A stretch of 64,000 nucleotides of DNA. It comes from an uncultured Dehalococcoidaceae bacterium. Its GTDB lineage: Bacteria > Chloroflexota > Dehalococcoidia > Dehalococcoidales > RBG-16-60-22. The position numbers and the translations under genes are program-made. This document shows, one piece after another, positions 55,001-63,915 of the stretch (position 1 is the stretch's first letter; each line of letters starts with the position of its first letter). The DNA lies in the NCBI GenBank assembly GCA_964493435.1, contig CAZBMB010000004.1:66719-130718 (forward strand), given 5' to 3'. Below the pieces are notes generated by a model, which was given only the letters and a program-made list of their open reading frames with translations, was not told the origin of the DNA and searched no databases.

Positions 55001-55161
55001 ACCACTGCCTCCGGGACGGTACTGCCCACCAGCGGTTTGATTAATGGCGGCATGGCAGCAATATCGTGCCCGTAGAGTTTCCTTTCCGTCTTTCTAAAGC
55101 AAACGCGGTCGCCTAACTTTTCGGCAAGGTAATTTTGCTGTTTTTTACCCAGTTTACCCAT
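52063..55161 (-). CDS. fused FAD-linked oxidase (GlcD-like) plus Fe-S/CCG-domain (GlcF/HdrD-like) oxidoreductase with Met-rich C-terminal extension
   Basis: 1032 aa. An N-terminal FAD_binding_4-type domain (PRGKATSGYGG) is followed by CSQCGYCIDEC and CTTCELCNLRC cluster motifs and two Cys-rich CCG regions (ENCCGTP, AHCCGS). The last ~138 residues contain 24 Met. Confidence 0.9.
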   Translation of the reverse strand: MGKLGKKQQNYLAEKLGDRVCFRKTERKLYGHDIAAMPPLIKPLVGSTVPEAVVQPETEAELVALVKWAAENNIPLTPRGKATSGYGGVLPVKKGVTVDFYRMKRVINIDPKAMTAKVQAGVVWEKLDRELQKQGLTLKLYPTSYPAATVGGWLAQGGTGIGSYEAGWFSDNVVSARAVMPSGEARDFSGSELDLISEAEGVTGLISEVTLKVMPLEDMEVVSIGCPDAHDLQKLIQAMIEAKLPIWSLMFINPKMAELKNKAPLREHHEHPVEERVLLPASYITTLTFRKKDRNAVMGKLPQLMKPCQAEILSQRIAEHEWQNRFKLMIVKRLGPSLVPAEIVVPLSGLGDVMTEIENKVDQPVVKEGVIIQKSNNGQPEVVILGFIPSDQHKFGYNFVFPLSLTIMKIAEKHGGRPYATGLYFAKKASKILGTERTARLKSFKQQVDPRGILNPGKVLNGGLLGMAMAVAGAFEPLLRPFGNYVITHIGEAPTRPVKGIPADVAWYAYSCSQCGYCIDECDQFYGRGWESQSPRGKWYWLREFMEGREKWDQFMVDTIVVCTTCELCNLRCSASLPIEPAWMKLRGKLIDEDKKMTFPPFEMMAAALSKEGDIWAGYRKDRAAWFPADLKEKHGPGHKAKIAYFAGCTASYVEHDIGMASVRLLDAAGVDFTYVGEKENCCGTPMLVAGKWDVFIETIKKNIAAVKEAGADTVVTSCPACDMMWRYFYSVWARKLGIEYDIKARHYSEILAEQINKGEFTFKDGGQKPCTVTWHDSCHIGRVSGVYDAPRELIKALPNVKLAEMEYNRENAHCCGSVLTLIKEPPVAADIGKERLDEAIAVGAEKMLALCPCCEFQFRVSADKKKVPIEVVDLARFAASYLGYKFPDPNPEVQRQWAVFEAMIALMTPQGFADLMGAMWPELIDAMPFGMGKMMRLMGKIPGALSLMKPMFPVLFLRLLPMMMPKVMPVMLERVAERIPMPDYMKEQMPELMPKVMGNLMPHMIGDVVPLVTQPMIDYLRGNGNSKVLAG

Positions 55162-55208
55162 AATGCCTCCTTATCCTTCGCCTCGCCACTCAAGCAGCGT
55201 CAAGATTT

Positions 55209-55547
55209 TCAGACAGTCAGTCTCTCCGCCAGCTCCTTATTTTCCGTTAAAGAGTTCAACAGCACCTGATGAATCAGGTCGCATGCGGCGATTATAGTGG
55301 GGTCGGCAAGGCAGTAGTAAACACAGGTGCCCTCCCGCCGCGGTAGCACCACCCCACGGTTCCGCAGCAGTGCCAGATGTCTTGAGGCAACGGCATGCGG
55401 GATTGACAGAGCCTGCGCGATTTCGCCGACCATTTTCTCACCGCCCCGCAATTCGTTTATAATGGCCAGTCTTTTGGGGTCGGCAAACGTCTTGCACAGT
55501 TCGGCTTTCAATTTGAACAGTTTCTCGTTATGCATAACCTGTATCAC
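55209..55547 (-). CDS. ArsR/SmtB-family transcriptional regulator
   Basis: 112 aa. FADPKRLAIINELRGGEKMVGEIAQALSIPHAVASRHLALLRNRGVV (wHTH). Cys residues occur at ELCKTF, CVYYC and AACD. It lies 47 nt upstream of the oxidase on the same strand. Confidence 0.85.
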   Translation of the reverse strand: MIQVMHNEKLFKLKAELCKTFADPKRLAIINELRGGEKMVGEIAQALSIPHAVASRHLALLRNRGVVLPRREGTCVYYCLADPTIIAACDLIHQVLLNSLTENKELAERLTV

Positions 55548-55566
55548 TCCATCAATAATATTTTTG

Positions 55567-55592
55567 TATATTTATATACGTATTTATATATT
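55567..55592. promoter_or_regulatory. AT-rich imperfect palindrome centred on ATACGTAT (candidate ArsR operator/promoter)
   Basis: The core ATACGTAT (55576-55583) is self-complementary. The 9-nt flanks match as inverted repeats at 6 of 9 positions. It lies 20-45 nt upstream of the arsR-family start codon. Confidence 0.3.
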
Positions 55593-55808
55593 ATATCCGT
55601 AGGTTTTCGCTGTCAAGTTCTCCTGATTCATATGGAATTCAGATTCGGCGGATTCTACGCACATATAACTATTAATAACCTCGCGTTATCAATTGAAAGC
55701 GCTGGTGCAACCACATTGACACGCCGCGTATCTTTTTGACTATATCCTGAATTGCCACCTTGATAGCTGTGGTAACGAGTGATAGAATTCTTGGCAGAGG
55801 TTTAATAC

Positions 55809-57638
55809 ATGACACTGCGCAGAAAGACTCTGCTCATCATTGCCGGGACCTTCTACGGCGTCATCATACTGCTCTTTTTCCTCTCGCGTAACATCCTGCT
55901 GGAAAGCTATGCCGACCTGGAGAGACAGAGTATTTACCGCGATGTTGAGCGGGTGCAGGCATCTTACTCACAGCAACTCGCCAGCCTGGAGGCGACGAAC
56001 TCAGACTGGGCTGCCTGGGATGACACCTATAAGTTTATTGATGATGCCAATGAAGATTACATCAGGTCTAACCTTACCGATAGCACCTTCATTGAACTGG
56101 GCTTGAACCTGATGCTTTACATTGACTCCCCGGGACAGATTGTTTTCAGCAAAGCGTTTGACCTTGAGAATAAAGAGGAAATACCCCTCTCACCGGGTAT
56201 TTCAGCGTATCTGGCTGACCATGCTTATTTAGTCGCCCATCAGGATACGGAGAGCAAGTATACCGGCACCATTGTTCTTCCTGAAAGCCCCATGATAATC
56301 GGCTCCCATCCCATCCTCACCAGTGAATACGAAGGCCCCATCCGAGGTACACTGATAATGGGACGATACCTGGACGCAGATAAAATCGACGAGCTGGCTG
56401 AAACCACGCTCCTCTCTATAGGCATTTACCGACTCGATGACCCCCGAGCTCCCTCCGACTTTTCGGTCGCCCGGTCCTCTATTTCACCAGCGGCGCCGAT
56501 TTTCGTGCAGCCCATCAACGAACAGTCCATCGCTGGCTATACTTTTATCAATAACATCGACGGACACCCTGCTTTAATGCTCAGAGTGGATACGCCCAGA
56601 GACATTTACCACCAGGGCCAGTCCGCCATCTCCTATCTCATACTGACCATTGTCGGCGTCAGCCTGGCGTTTGGTGTGGTAACGATATTGCTCCTGGAGA
56701 AACAGGTTCTTTCGCGCCTGTCTTATTTAAGCAGGAGCGTCAGTGACATTGGCACCAGTGGCAACTTGTCGACGCGGGTCTCAATGCCCGGCTCGGATGA
56801 ACTGTCCAAGCTTGGTGCCACCATTAATGGTATGCTGGCGGCCCTGGAACAATCAGAAGCGGAGTTGCGGGAACTATTTAAAGAAGAGAAGACACTGCGG
56901 CAGGACCTGGAAGCGGAAATCAATAAAAGAGTGGAATTCACCCGCGCGCTGGTTCATGAACTCAAAACTCCGATTACCCCGGTGCTTGCCTCCAGCGAGC
57001 TGATGCTTGAGGAAATCAAGGAAGGCGGTACGCTGTGGGAACTGGCGCAGAATATCAACCAGGGGGCCTACAACCTGAACCAGCGCATCGACGAGCTGCT
57101 TGACCTGGCTCGCGGTGAAGTGGGGATGCTCCACCTCAATCCTGATTCGGTTGATTCCGGACAATTGCTCCGCAGCATTGTGGACAGTGTTAAACCACTG
57201 GCCCGCAAGAACAACCTTTCCTTAAATGCCAAGCTGTCTCCTTCGCTGCCCACCATCCAGGCCGATAAAGACCGCCTGCGCCAGGTCGTGCTCAACTTGC
57301 TCAATAACGCCTTTAAATTCACCCCGGCTGGAGGCAGCGTCACCGTTAGAGCCAGCACAGACGGGGCTTATCTGGTCGTCGAAGTGCAGGATACCGGCCG
57401 CGGCATAAGCCAAGGAGAGCAGGAGAGGCTTTTTGAACCCTATCAGCAGCTGGAGAGGGAAAGAGCCCGCCTCGGCGGACTGGGACTGGGATTAAGCCTC
57501 TCCAAGAAACTGGTGGAACTGCACGGCGGGCAGATATGGGTGCAGAGTAAAAAGGGCAAGGGAAGCACTTTCGGCTTTTCCATACCACTGGAACTCAAAG
57601 GGAAACCAAAAGGCAGGGTAAAAAAGAAAGTGCCCTGA
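55809..57638 (+). CDS. sensor histidine kinase with N-terminal CHASE4-like periplasmic domain
   Basis: 609 aa. TM helix, then NSDWAAWDDTYKFIDD (CHASE4 hallmark), a second TM, a HAMP-like segment, HisKA HELKTPITP and HATPase motifs (NLLNNAFKFTP, DTGRGI, GGLGLGLS). Confidence 0.9.
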   Translation: MTLRRKTLLIIAGTFYGVIILLFFLSRNILLESYADLERQSIYRDVERVQASYSQQLASLEATNSDWAAWDDTYKFIDDANEDYIRSNLTDSTFIELGLNLMLYIDSPGQIVFSKAFDLENKEEIPLSPGISAYLADHAYLVAHQDTESKYTGTIVLPESPMIIGSHPILTSEYEGPIRGTLIMGRYLDADKIDELAETTLLSIGIYRLDDPRAPSDFSVARSSISPAAPIFVQPINEQSIAGYTFINNIDGHPALMLRVDTPRDIYHQGQSAISYLILTIVGVSLAFGVVTILLLEKQVLSRLSYLSRSVSDIGTSGNLSTRVSMPGSDELSKLGATINGMLAALEQSEAELRELFKEEKTLRQDLEAEINKRVEFTRALVHELKTPITPVLASSELMLEEIKEGGTLWELAQNINQGAYNLNQRIDELLDLARGEVGMLHLNPDSVDSGQLLRSIVDSVKPLARKNNLSLNAKLSPSLPTIQADKDRLRQVVLNLLNNAFKFTPAGGSVTVRASTDGAYLVVEVQDTGRGISQGEQERLFEPYQQLERERARLGGLGLGLSLSKKLVELHGGQIWVQSKKGKGSTFGFSIPLELKGKPKGRVKKKVP

Positions 57639-57704
57639 AAGTGCTTATCATTGAGAACGACCGTGGCAGTTTTAATACGATTATTATAATGAAAGGGGTC
57701 TGTT

Positions 57705-59066
57705 ATGCCATCACATAAACCGCCGTATTTGTTTTCCATCTCTGAGTCAGCCGCCGCAATCGCTGCCGGCAAGCTGACGCCATCGCAACTGGTTAACTCC
57801 TGTCTGGAAAGAATTGACGCGTTTGACGATAAAATAAAGGCATGGGTTCTGGTCGACCGGGAAGGCGCCCTGTCCACAGCACGGCAGCTTGAGCAGGAAC
57901 TGGCGCAGGGGCAACGGCGCGGTGCGCTTCATGGCATACCGATTGGCATCAAGGACATTTTCTATACCGCTGGTCTGCCCACTGAGGCCGGCTCCAAAGC
58001 CTGGGCTGGTTTTGTCCCCAGCTACGATGCCACCTCGGTGGCCCGACTCAAAGAAGCCGGAGCCATCATCCTGGGCAAGACGCAGACCACTGAATTCGCT
58101 TTTAGGGACCCGGCACCTACCGGCAACGCCTGGAACACCGAGCATACGCCGGGTGGCTCAAGCAGTGGTTCCGGTGCCGGTGTTGCCGCCGGCATGTGCC
58201 CGGCCGCCCTGGGCAGTCAGACCCTCGGCTCCGTACTGCGTCCCGCCGCCTATAATGGCATCGTTGGCTTCAAGCCACAGTATGGCCGCATAAGCGTCTA
58301 CGGCGTTGCACCCGTGAGCCCGCTGCTTGACCATGTTGGCATACTGGCACGCACGGTAACTGACATTGCCCTTGTTTTCCAAGCCATTGCTGGCCACGAT
58401 GCCAAAGACGTCCTATCGCTGAATGAGCCTGTCCCCGATTGCCTGAGCGCCCTGAAAAAGCCGTCGCCACCCCGGCTGGGACTGGTGCGCAGTTTTTTCT
58501 ATGATAATGCTGAAGAGGAAATGCGACAGCACACGGATAAGATAGTGGCGCTTCTGAAGCAGGCTGGTGCCACCGTCGTGGAAATAACGCCACCCCCCAG
58601 CTTCGCCACCATCTTTGACAATGCCAATATCATCATGGCCGTGGAGGCAGCCGCCAGCCACCGGGAGACCTTCGCCAGACAAAATGATAAATATCGCCCG
58701 GGCATACGGAAATTGATTGAAGATGGCCTGGCGATAGCTCCCGCGGACTATAAAAAGGCGCTTAAGGTGCGCCTCCAGCAATGTTCCGAGATGGAACCGC
58801 GGCTTTATGAGGCGGATGCCATGCTGACACCGGGCATAACCGGCCCGGCACCCCACGGTCTTTCCTCAACGGGAAACACGGCGATGCAGGCGCCCTGGAG
58901 CATAATGGGGATACCAGCCATCAGCTTGCCATCGGGTCTGAGTCAGAGTGGCCTGCCACTGGCTATTCAGCTGGCAGGACCCCCCAGGGCCGAAGACCGC
59001 CTGCTGGCCGTAGCCAAGTGGTGCGAGTCCGCTTTAAAAATGGACCTGCGCCCGCCATTGAATTGA
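57705..59066 (+). CDS. amidase (amidase-signature family, GatA-like)
   Basis: 453 aa. GGSSSGSGAGVAAG signature with upstream GIPIGIKD. Confidence 0.9.
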   Translation: MPSHKPPYLFSISESAAAIAAGKLTPSQLVNSCLERIDAFDDKIKAWVLVDREGALSTARQLEQELAQGQRRGALHGIPIGIKDIFYTAGLPTEAGSKAWAGFVPSYDATSVARLKEAGAIILGKTQTTEFAFRDPAPTGNAWNTEHTPGGSSSGSGAGVAAGMCPAALGSQTLGSVLRPAAYNGIVGFKPQYGRISVYGVAPVSPLLDHVGILARTVTDIALVFQAIAGHDAKDVLSLNEPVPDCLSALKKPSPPRLGLVRSFFYDNAEEEMRQHTDKIVALLKQAGATVVEITPPPSFATIFDNANIIMAVEAAASHRETFARQNDKYRPGIRKLIEDGLAIAPADYKKALKVRLQQCSEMEPRLYEADAMLTPGITGPAPHGLSSTGNTAMQAPWSIMGIPAISLPSGLSQSGLPLAIQLAGPPRAEDRLLAVAKWCESALKMDLRPPLN

Positions 59067-59080
59067 GCAGATGGTATGCC

Positions 59081-60121
59081 TTAACTCTCTTTTACCAGAG
59101 GAACTTTGGGCTTCACGCCTTTGTTCACCCAGTGGCGCGGCCACTTCCCGGTAAGCACCCTGGCGGTCTCTTGTGCTACGCTCAATCTGAGCCGCCTCAT
59201 AGCCGTAGTTGTGTGCACGGCGTAGTGAGGTGTAAGCACGACATTGTCCATCTTGAGCAGCGGGTTATCCAGATCAATCGGTTCCTTTTCAAAGACATCC
59301 AGTCCGGCGCCGGCAATCCAATTTTCCCGCAGGGCTTTGCTGAGGGCCACCTCATCAACCACCGCTCCCCGTGCCGTATTTATCAGATAAGCGGTGGGCT
59401 TCATCTGCTTTAATTCCTTTTCACCAATCATGTGATGGGTTTCCTGGTTTAGAGGAGTTTGCAGGCAGACATAATCCGATTCCTTCAGCAATTCGGGAAG
59501 GCTGACCAGCGTTACCCCATGTTTGTCGGCGACTGACTTATCCAGATAGGGGTCGCAGGCGATTGTTTTCAGGCCAAAAGACTTCGCCCTGCGGACTATC
59601 CGGCTCCCGATATTCCCGCAGCCAACCACCCCCAGCGTTTGTTCAAACAGGGACGGGTTCTTTATTGTCCCCATTTGGACCTCACCCCAACGCCCCTGTT
59701 TTAGCCCTTCCGTTGACCAGACCAGACGCCGGGCACAGGCCAGCAGCAAAGCCAGGGCGTGGTCAGCTACCTCCTCAAGACAGAAGTCAGGTATGTTGAC
59801 GGCCAGCACACCGTTGTCGGCGGCAGCATCTACATCAATCGTATCGTAGCCAACGCCGTAGCGGACGACCACCTTCAAGTTGGGCAGGGACGACAGAACC
59901 TTGCGAGTAATCGGGGCAAAAATCACCAGCAAAGCATCGACATCTTTCGCCGCCTCAATTATCTCGTCTTCCGTACTGCAATCCGCAATCACCACCTCGG
60001 CATTGACCTTGGCCAGCTCCTCGGTTTCTATGTCCAGGGTTGCCAGTGACGCTGGAACCCAGGACTTGCTTTCCGCCATCATAACTTTAAATCGCGCTCC
60101 CGACATTATTTCCTCCTTCAT
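59081..60121 (-). CDS. D-isomer-specific 2-hydroxyacid dehydrogenase, paralog 3
   Basis: 346 aa. GVVGCGNIGSRI...ACDPY, NTARGAVVD and LTPHYAVHT. C-terminal GKWPRHWVN tail. Confidence 0.85.
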   Translation of the reverse strand: MKEEIMSGARFKVMMAESKSWVPASLATLDIETEELAKVNAEVVIADCSTEDEIIEAAKDVDALLVIFAPITRKVLSSLPNLKVVVRYGVGYDTIDVDAAADNGVLAVNIPDFCLEEVADHALALLLACARRLVWSTEGLKQGRWGEVQMGTIKNPSLFEQTLGVVGCGNIGSRIVRRAKSFGLKTIACDPYLDKSVADKHGVTLVSLPELLKESDYVCLQTPLNQETHHMIGEKELKQMKPTAYLINTARGAVVDEVALSKALRENWIAGAGLDVFEKEPIDLDNPLLKMDNVVLTPHYAVHTTTAMRRLRLSVAQETARVLTGKWPRHWVNKGVKPKVPLVKES

Positions 60122-60270
60122 GCTACCCGGTTCAAGTTTCAGGCTAATGCCTATTATAAAGTATAACCGCCACTGTGTCAGCTTTTACCATACAGCAGAC
60201 TCAATCAGCAACGGCTGAAACCACGCTTATTCAGCAAGCAGTATGTTATAATCGTTTTAAATCAGAAATC

Positions 60271-62733
60271 ATGAAAACCCGTACTAATAAGACAACCGCC
60301 ACAATTACTCCCCCTGAAGGCCAAGGCATGAGCCGGAATACTTTATGCCTTTTACTGGTCGGGATTTTTCTCATCTCGTTCAGCGTGCTGGCCTATGAAA
60401 TCACCCTTTCCCGGCTGCTCTCCGTTCTGATTCTCTACCATTACGTGTTCGCCATCGTTTCTTTAGCCCTGCTGGGACTGGGGATGGGTGGCATATTCGT
60501 TTATTTTTTCCGGCCCCGAACGCCGGTTTCAGGCCAAAGGTTCGGCACGCTGGCATTGTTTGCCAGCCTGGTAGCGCTGGCAATACCGGCCTCCGCCATA
60601 CTGATGGTCCAGATTGGCTATCTGGATGGTGTGGCGAATAATATCCTGTTCTACTGCGTCCTGCTTTTTACCCCCTTTTTCTTCACCGGCATTTTGCTGG
60701 CCGAGGTATTCCGCATGTTCCCGGAGGTCAGTGCCCGCATTTACGGCGCCGACCTGGTCGGCGCCGCCCTCGGCTCGCTGGGTATCATCCTTTTCCTTGA
60801 TGCCTTCGGCGCCATCAATACCAGCTTTTTCCTCGGCCTCACCGCCGCCGCGGCTGCCCTCCTCTTTGTCAGCCAGATATTCAGAAGCCGCCACTGGCGG
60901 GCATTGCTACCGGCGGCCAGCTTTATCATTGCCGCCGTTCTTTTTATCACGAATATATTCGGCGCCTATCTAAGCGATATCCCCATTATCGCCAAAAATC
61001 CCAACAAGGATATACACCGCGCCCTGTATGAGAAAGCTTCCCCGGCACGGATAATTGACACCAGGTGGAGCGCCTTCGGGCGGACCGACCTGGTTGAATA
61101 CACCGAGTACCCGCAGCAGATGGAAATCTACCTTGATGGCACCGCCTCGGCGCCCATGTACCGGTTCAATGGCGACCTAGAAAACCCGGATACTTCCGTT
61201 CAGGACTTGAAGACCACCTTTACCGGCTACTTCCCCTTCTACTTTCTCACCGAAGAGGAAAGAGATACTGCCCTCATCATCGGGCCGGGTGGCGGCCGGG
61301 ACGTGCTGCTGGCCCTGATGGGTGGCGTAAACGATATCACCGCCGTTGAGGTTAATCCCGACCTGGTGGAGATGGTGCGGGAATACGGCCAGTACAATGG
61401 CGGCATCTTCACCGATTTTCCCAGCGTGAAGATAATCGTTGATGAAGGCCGAAATTTCCTCAAGCGCCAGACCGGTAAATACGACATTATCATGTTGAGC
61501 CTCCCGGTTACCCAGACCAGCCGGAGCCTTGAAGGTTTCTCCCTCACGGAAAATTTCCTGTTCACCACGGAATCCATACACGATTATCTGGACCACCTGA
61601 CCGAGGAAGGGCGACTCATGGTGGTAACCCACGATGATTTCACCGCCTGGCGGCTGTTATCCATTTCGCTGGCCTCACTTGAGCAGAGGGGGATAAGCAA
61701 TACCGACGCCCTCAAGCATGTTTACATGTTCGGGCTGAGCTCCGGTGAAGCCGTTTATCCATTTTTCGTTCTGAAGAAGACGCCGTTCGGGCCGGAGCAG
61801 GCGTTTGCCCGACACGAAAAAATGCTACAGCTGGGCTATGAGCCGACCCTCTCTTATTTTCCGTTTCTTGAGGACGAGGGAACCGTAAACCCGACGCTCA
61901 AAGACCTGGCCAGCGGCGAGCTCAGCTTCCGCCAGATAGAAGAGGTAGCCCGGGAAATGGGCATGGATTTGACCACCGCCACCGATAATAATCCGTTTTT
62001 TTACAAGATAGATGTGGGGCTGCCGCAGCCGGTGTCGCTGGTTTTCTGGCTTTCCTTTGTCCTGATGCTGCTCGCGCTGCTGGCGCCGCCGGTTTACCGG
62101 TACCTGCGCCCTGACCGCGTCCGCGGTCAGCCCAGGGAACGCCGGAGCACCAAGAATAGAGTGCTGCCATCAGTGTTTCTGTTTGCACTGATAGGCATCG
62201 GTTTTATGCTCATTGAAATCTCCCTGATTCAGAGATTTATCCTCTACCTCGGTCAGCCGGTACTGTCAATGGCTATCCTTCTGTTCTCGCTGCTTGTCGG
62301 CGCCGGTCTGGGCAGCCTGTACAGCGGCCGACTGACCGGTGAAGAGATTTATAAAGGGATACCCACCGCTGCCCTATCCGTGGCGGTGCTGGCAATCGTT
62401 TACATCTTTCTCATCCCCCTTATCTTCAACCAGCTGCTGGGGCTCAATCTGGCGCTGCGTATGCTGGTGATGGTGCTCATGCTGGTGCCTCTGGGGTTCC
62501 TGATGGGTTTCCCCTTCCCGCTCGGCATCAGGGCACTGAAAGCAAGGGAGATGGAGAGATACATTCCCTGGATGTGGGGGATAAACGGCGTAGGGTCGGT
62601 ACTGGGCTCGGCATTCACCATCGTCATCGCCATCAGCTTCGGCTTTGCCCAGGCATTGCTGCTCGGTGCCATCTGTTACCTCTTCGTTTGCCTTATATTT
62701 ATAAAACAGGGCATAATTAAACGAATTCCATGA
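60271..62733 (+). CDS. polytopic membrane protein fused to a spermidine-synthase-like (class I methyltransferase fold) domain
   Basis: The track ORF is 60175..62733. The start is uncertain (ATG at 60271 or 60328). About 7 N-terminal TM helices are followed by a soluble domain with IIGPGGGRDVLLAL...VEVNPDLVEM, then about 6 more TM helices. Confidence 0.75.
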   Translation: MKTRTNKTTATITPPEGQGMSRNTLCLLLVGIFLISFSVLAYEITLSRLLSVLILYHYVFAIVSLALLGLGMGGIFVYFFRPRTPVSGQRFGTLALFASLVALAIPASAILMVQIGYLDGVANNILFYCVLLFTPFFFTGILLAEVFRMFPEVSARIYGADLVGAALGSLGIILFLDAFGAINTSFFLGLTAAAAALLFVSQIFRSRHWRALLPAASFIIAAVLFITNIFGAYLSDIPIIAKNPNKDIHRALYEKASPARIIDTRWSAFGRTDLVEYTEYPQQMEIYLDGTASAPMYRFNGDLENPDTSVQDLKTTFTGYFPFYFLTEEERDTALIIGPGGGRDVLLALMGGVNDITAVEVNPDLVEMVREYGQYNGGIFTDFPSVKIIVDEGRNFLKRQTGKYDIIMLSLPVTQTSRSLEGFSLTENFLFTTESIHDYLDHLTEEGRLMVVTHDDFTAWRLLSISLASLEQRGISNTDALKHVYMFGLSSGEAVYPFFVLKKTPFGPEQAFARHEKMLQLGYEPTLSYFPFLEDEGTVNPTLKDLASGELSFRQIEEVAREMGMDLTTATDNNPFFYKIDVGLPQPVSLVFWLSFVLMLLALLAPPVYRYLRPDRVRGQPRERRSTKNRVLPSVFLFALIGIGFMLIEISLIQRFILYLGQPVLSMAILLFSLLVGAGLGSLYSGRLTGEEIYKGIPTAALSVAVLAIVYIFLIPLIFNQLLGLNLALRMLVMVLMLVPLGFLMGFPFPLGIRALKAREMERYIPWMWGINGVGSVLGSAFTIVIAISFGFAQALLLGAICYLFVCLIFIKQGIIKRIP

Positions 62734-62755
62734 TATCTGACCAAGGAGGAGGACA

Positions 62756-63847
62756 ATGGAAAAGCTGAAAGAAGTCCGCAAGGCGGGCCAGTCCATATGG
62801 CTCGATTTCATTCAGCGGGGGCTCATCACCAGCGGCCAGTTAAAGCAACTGGTGGATAAGGGCGTCAGCGGCCTGACCAGCAATCCAAGCATCTTCCACA
62901 AGGCGGTGACCCAGGGCCAGGACTACGATGAAGCGATAAAGAATATCCTGAAATCAAATCCTGAGGCCGGCGTTATGGACATCTATGACCGCCTTACCAT
63001 TGAGGATATCCAGATGGCAGCCGATGTTTTTCGCCCGGTTTATGACGCCAGCGACGGCATGGACGGGCTGGTCAGCCTGGAGCCGGCACCCGCGTTGGCC
63101 TACGATACCGAAGGGACACTGGCCGAGGTGCGCCGTTTATGGCGGCTGGTAGACAGGCCCAATCTTATGATAAAAGTACCCGCCACCCCACCCGGTATCC
63201 CGGCCATTGAAAAGCTCTTTGCCGAGGGCATCAATATCAATATCACCCTTATGTTTTCCATGGCACATTACGAAGACGTCGTCCGCGCCTACCTTCAGGG
63301 TATTGCCCGCTGTGCCAACCCGTGGCAGATAACCTCAGTGGCCTCTTTCTTTGTCAGCCGCGTGGACACGTATGTGGACAAAGAGCTGGAGAAGCTCGGC
63401 ACCGCAGAAGCGCTGGCACTGCGTGGCAAGGCGGCGGTGGCCAACTCCAAGCTCGTCTATCACCGCTTCAAGGAGGTCTTCGCCGGCGGGGAGTTTATGC
63501 AGCAGAAAAGGCGCGGCGCCCGCATCCAGCGAGTGCTCTGGGGAAGCACCAGTACCAAGAACCCGGCATACTCCGATATCAAGTACGTGGCGGACCTGAT
63601 GGGGCCAGACACGGTAAACACCCTGCCCACAGAGACGCTTGACCTGTTCCTTGACCACGGCGAAATCGGGGACACGCTGAATGAAGGCCTGGCGGAGGCA
63701 GAGCAGGTCTTAAAAGACCTGAAGAAGCAGGGCATTGACCTGGACGCGATTACCGAGCAGTTGCAGGTGGATGGCGTTAAGGCGTTCCAAGATTCCTTTG
63801 ACCAGTTAATCGCGGCTCTGGAAGAGAAGTGCCGACAGTACCGGTAA
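62756..63847 (+). CDS. tal: transaldolase
   Basis: 363 aa. GQSIWLDFIQRGLI, GLTSNPSIF and MIKVPAT (Schiff-base Lys region). AAGGAGGAGG RBS. Confidence 0.9.
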   Translation: MEKLKEVRKAGQSIWLDFIQRGLITSGQLKQLVDKGVSGLTSNPSIFHKAVTQGQDYDEAIKNILKSNPEAGVMDIYDRLTIEDIQMAADVFRPVYDASDGMDGLVSLEPAPALAYDTEGTLAEVRRLWRLVDRPNLMIKVPATPPGIPAIEKLFAEGININITLMFSMAHYEDVVRAYLQGIARCANPWQITSVASFFVSRVDTYVDKELEKLGTAEALALRGKAAVANSKLVYHRFKEVFAGGEFMQQKRRGARIQRVLWGSTSTKNPAYSDIKYVADLMGPDTVNTLPTETLDLFLDHGEIGDTLNEGLAEAEQVLKDLKKQGIDLDAITEQLQVDGVKAFQDSFDQLIAALEEKCRQYR

Positions 63848-63915
63848 ATATCCCCGCACGGCCAACAGTTGAAATAACAACCGGCATGAATAGACGTATT
63901 CTGGAGGATTAAAGG

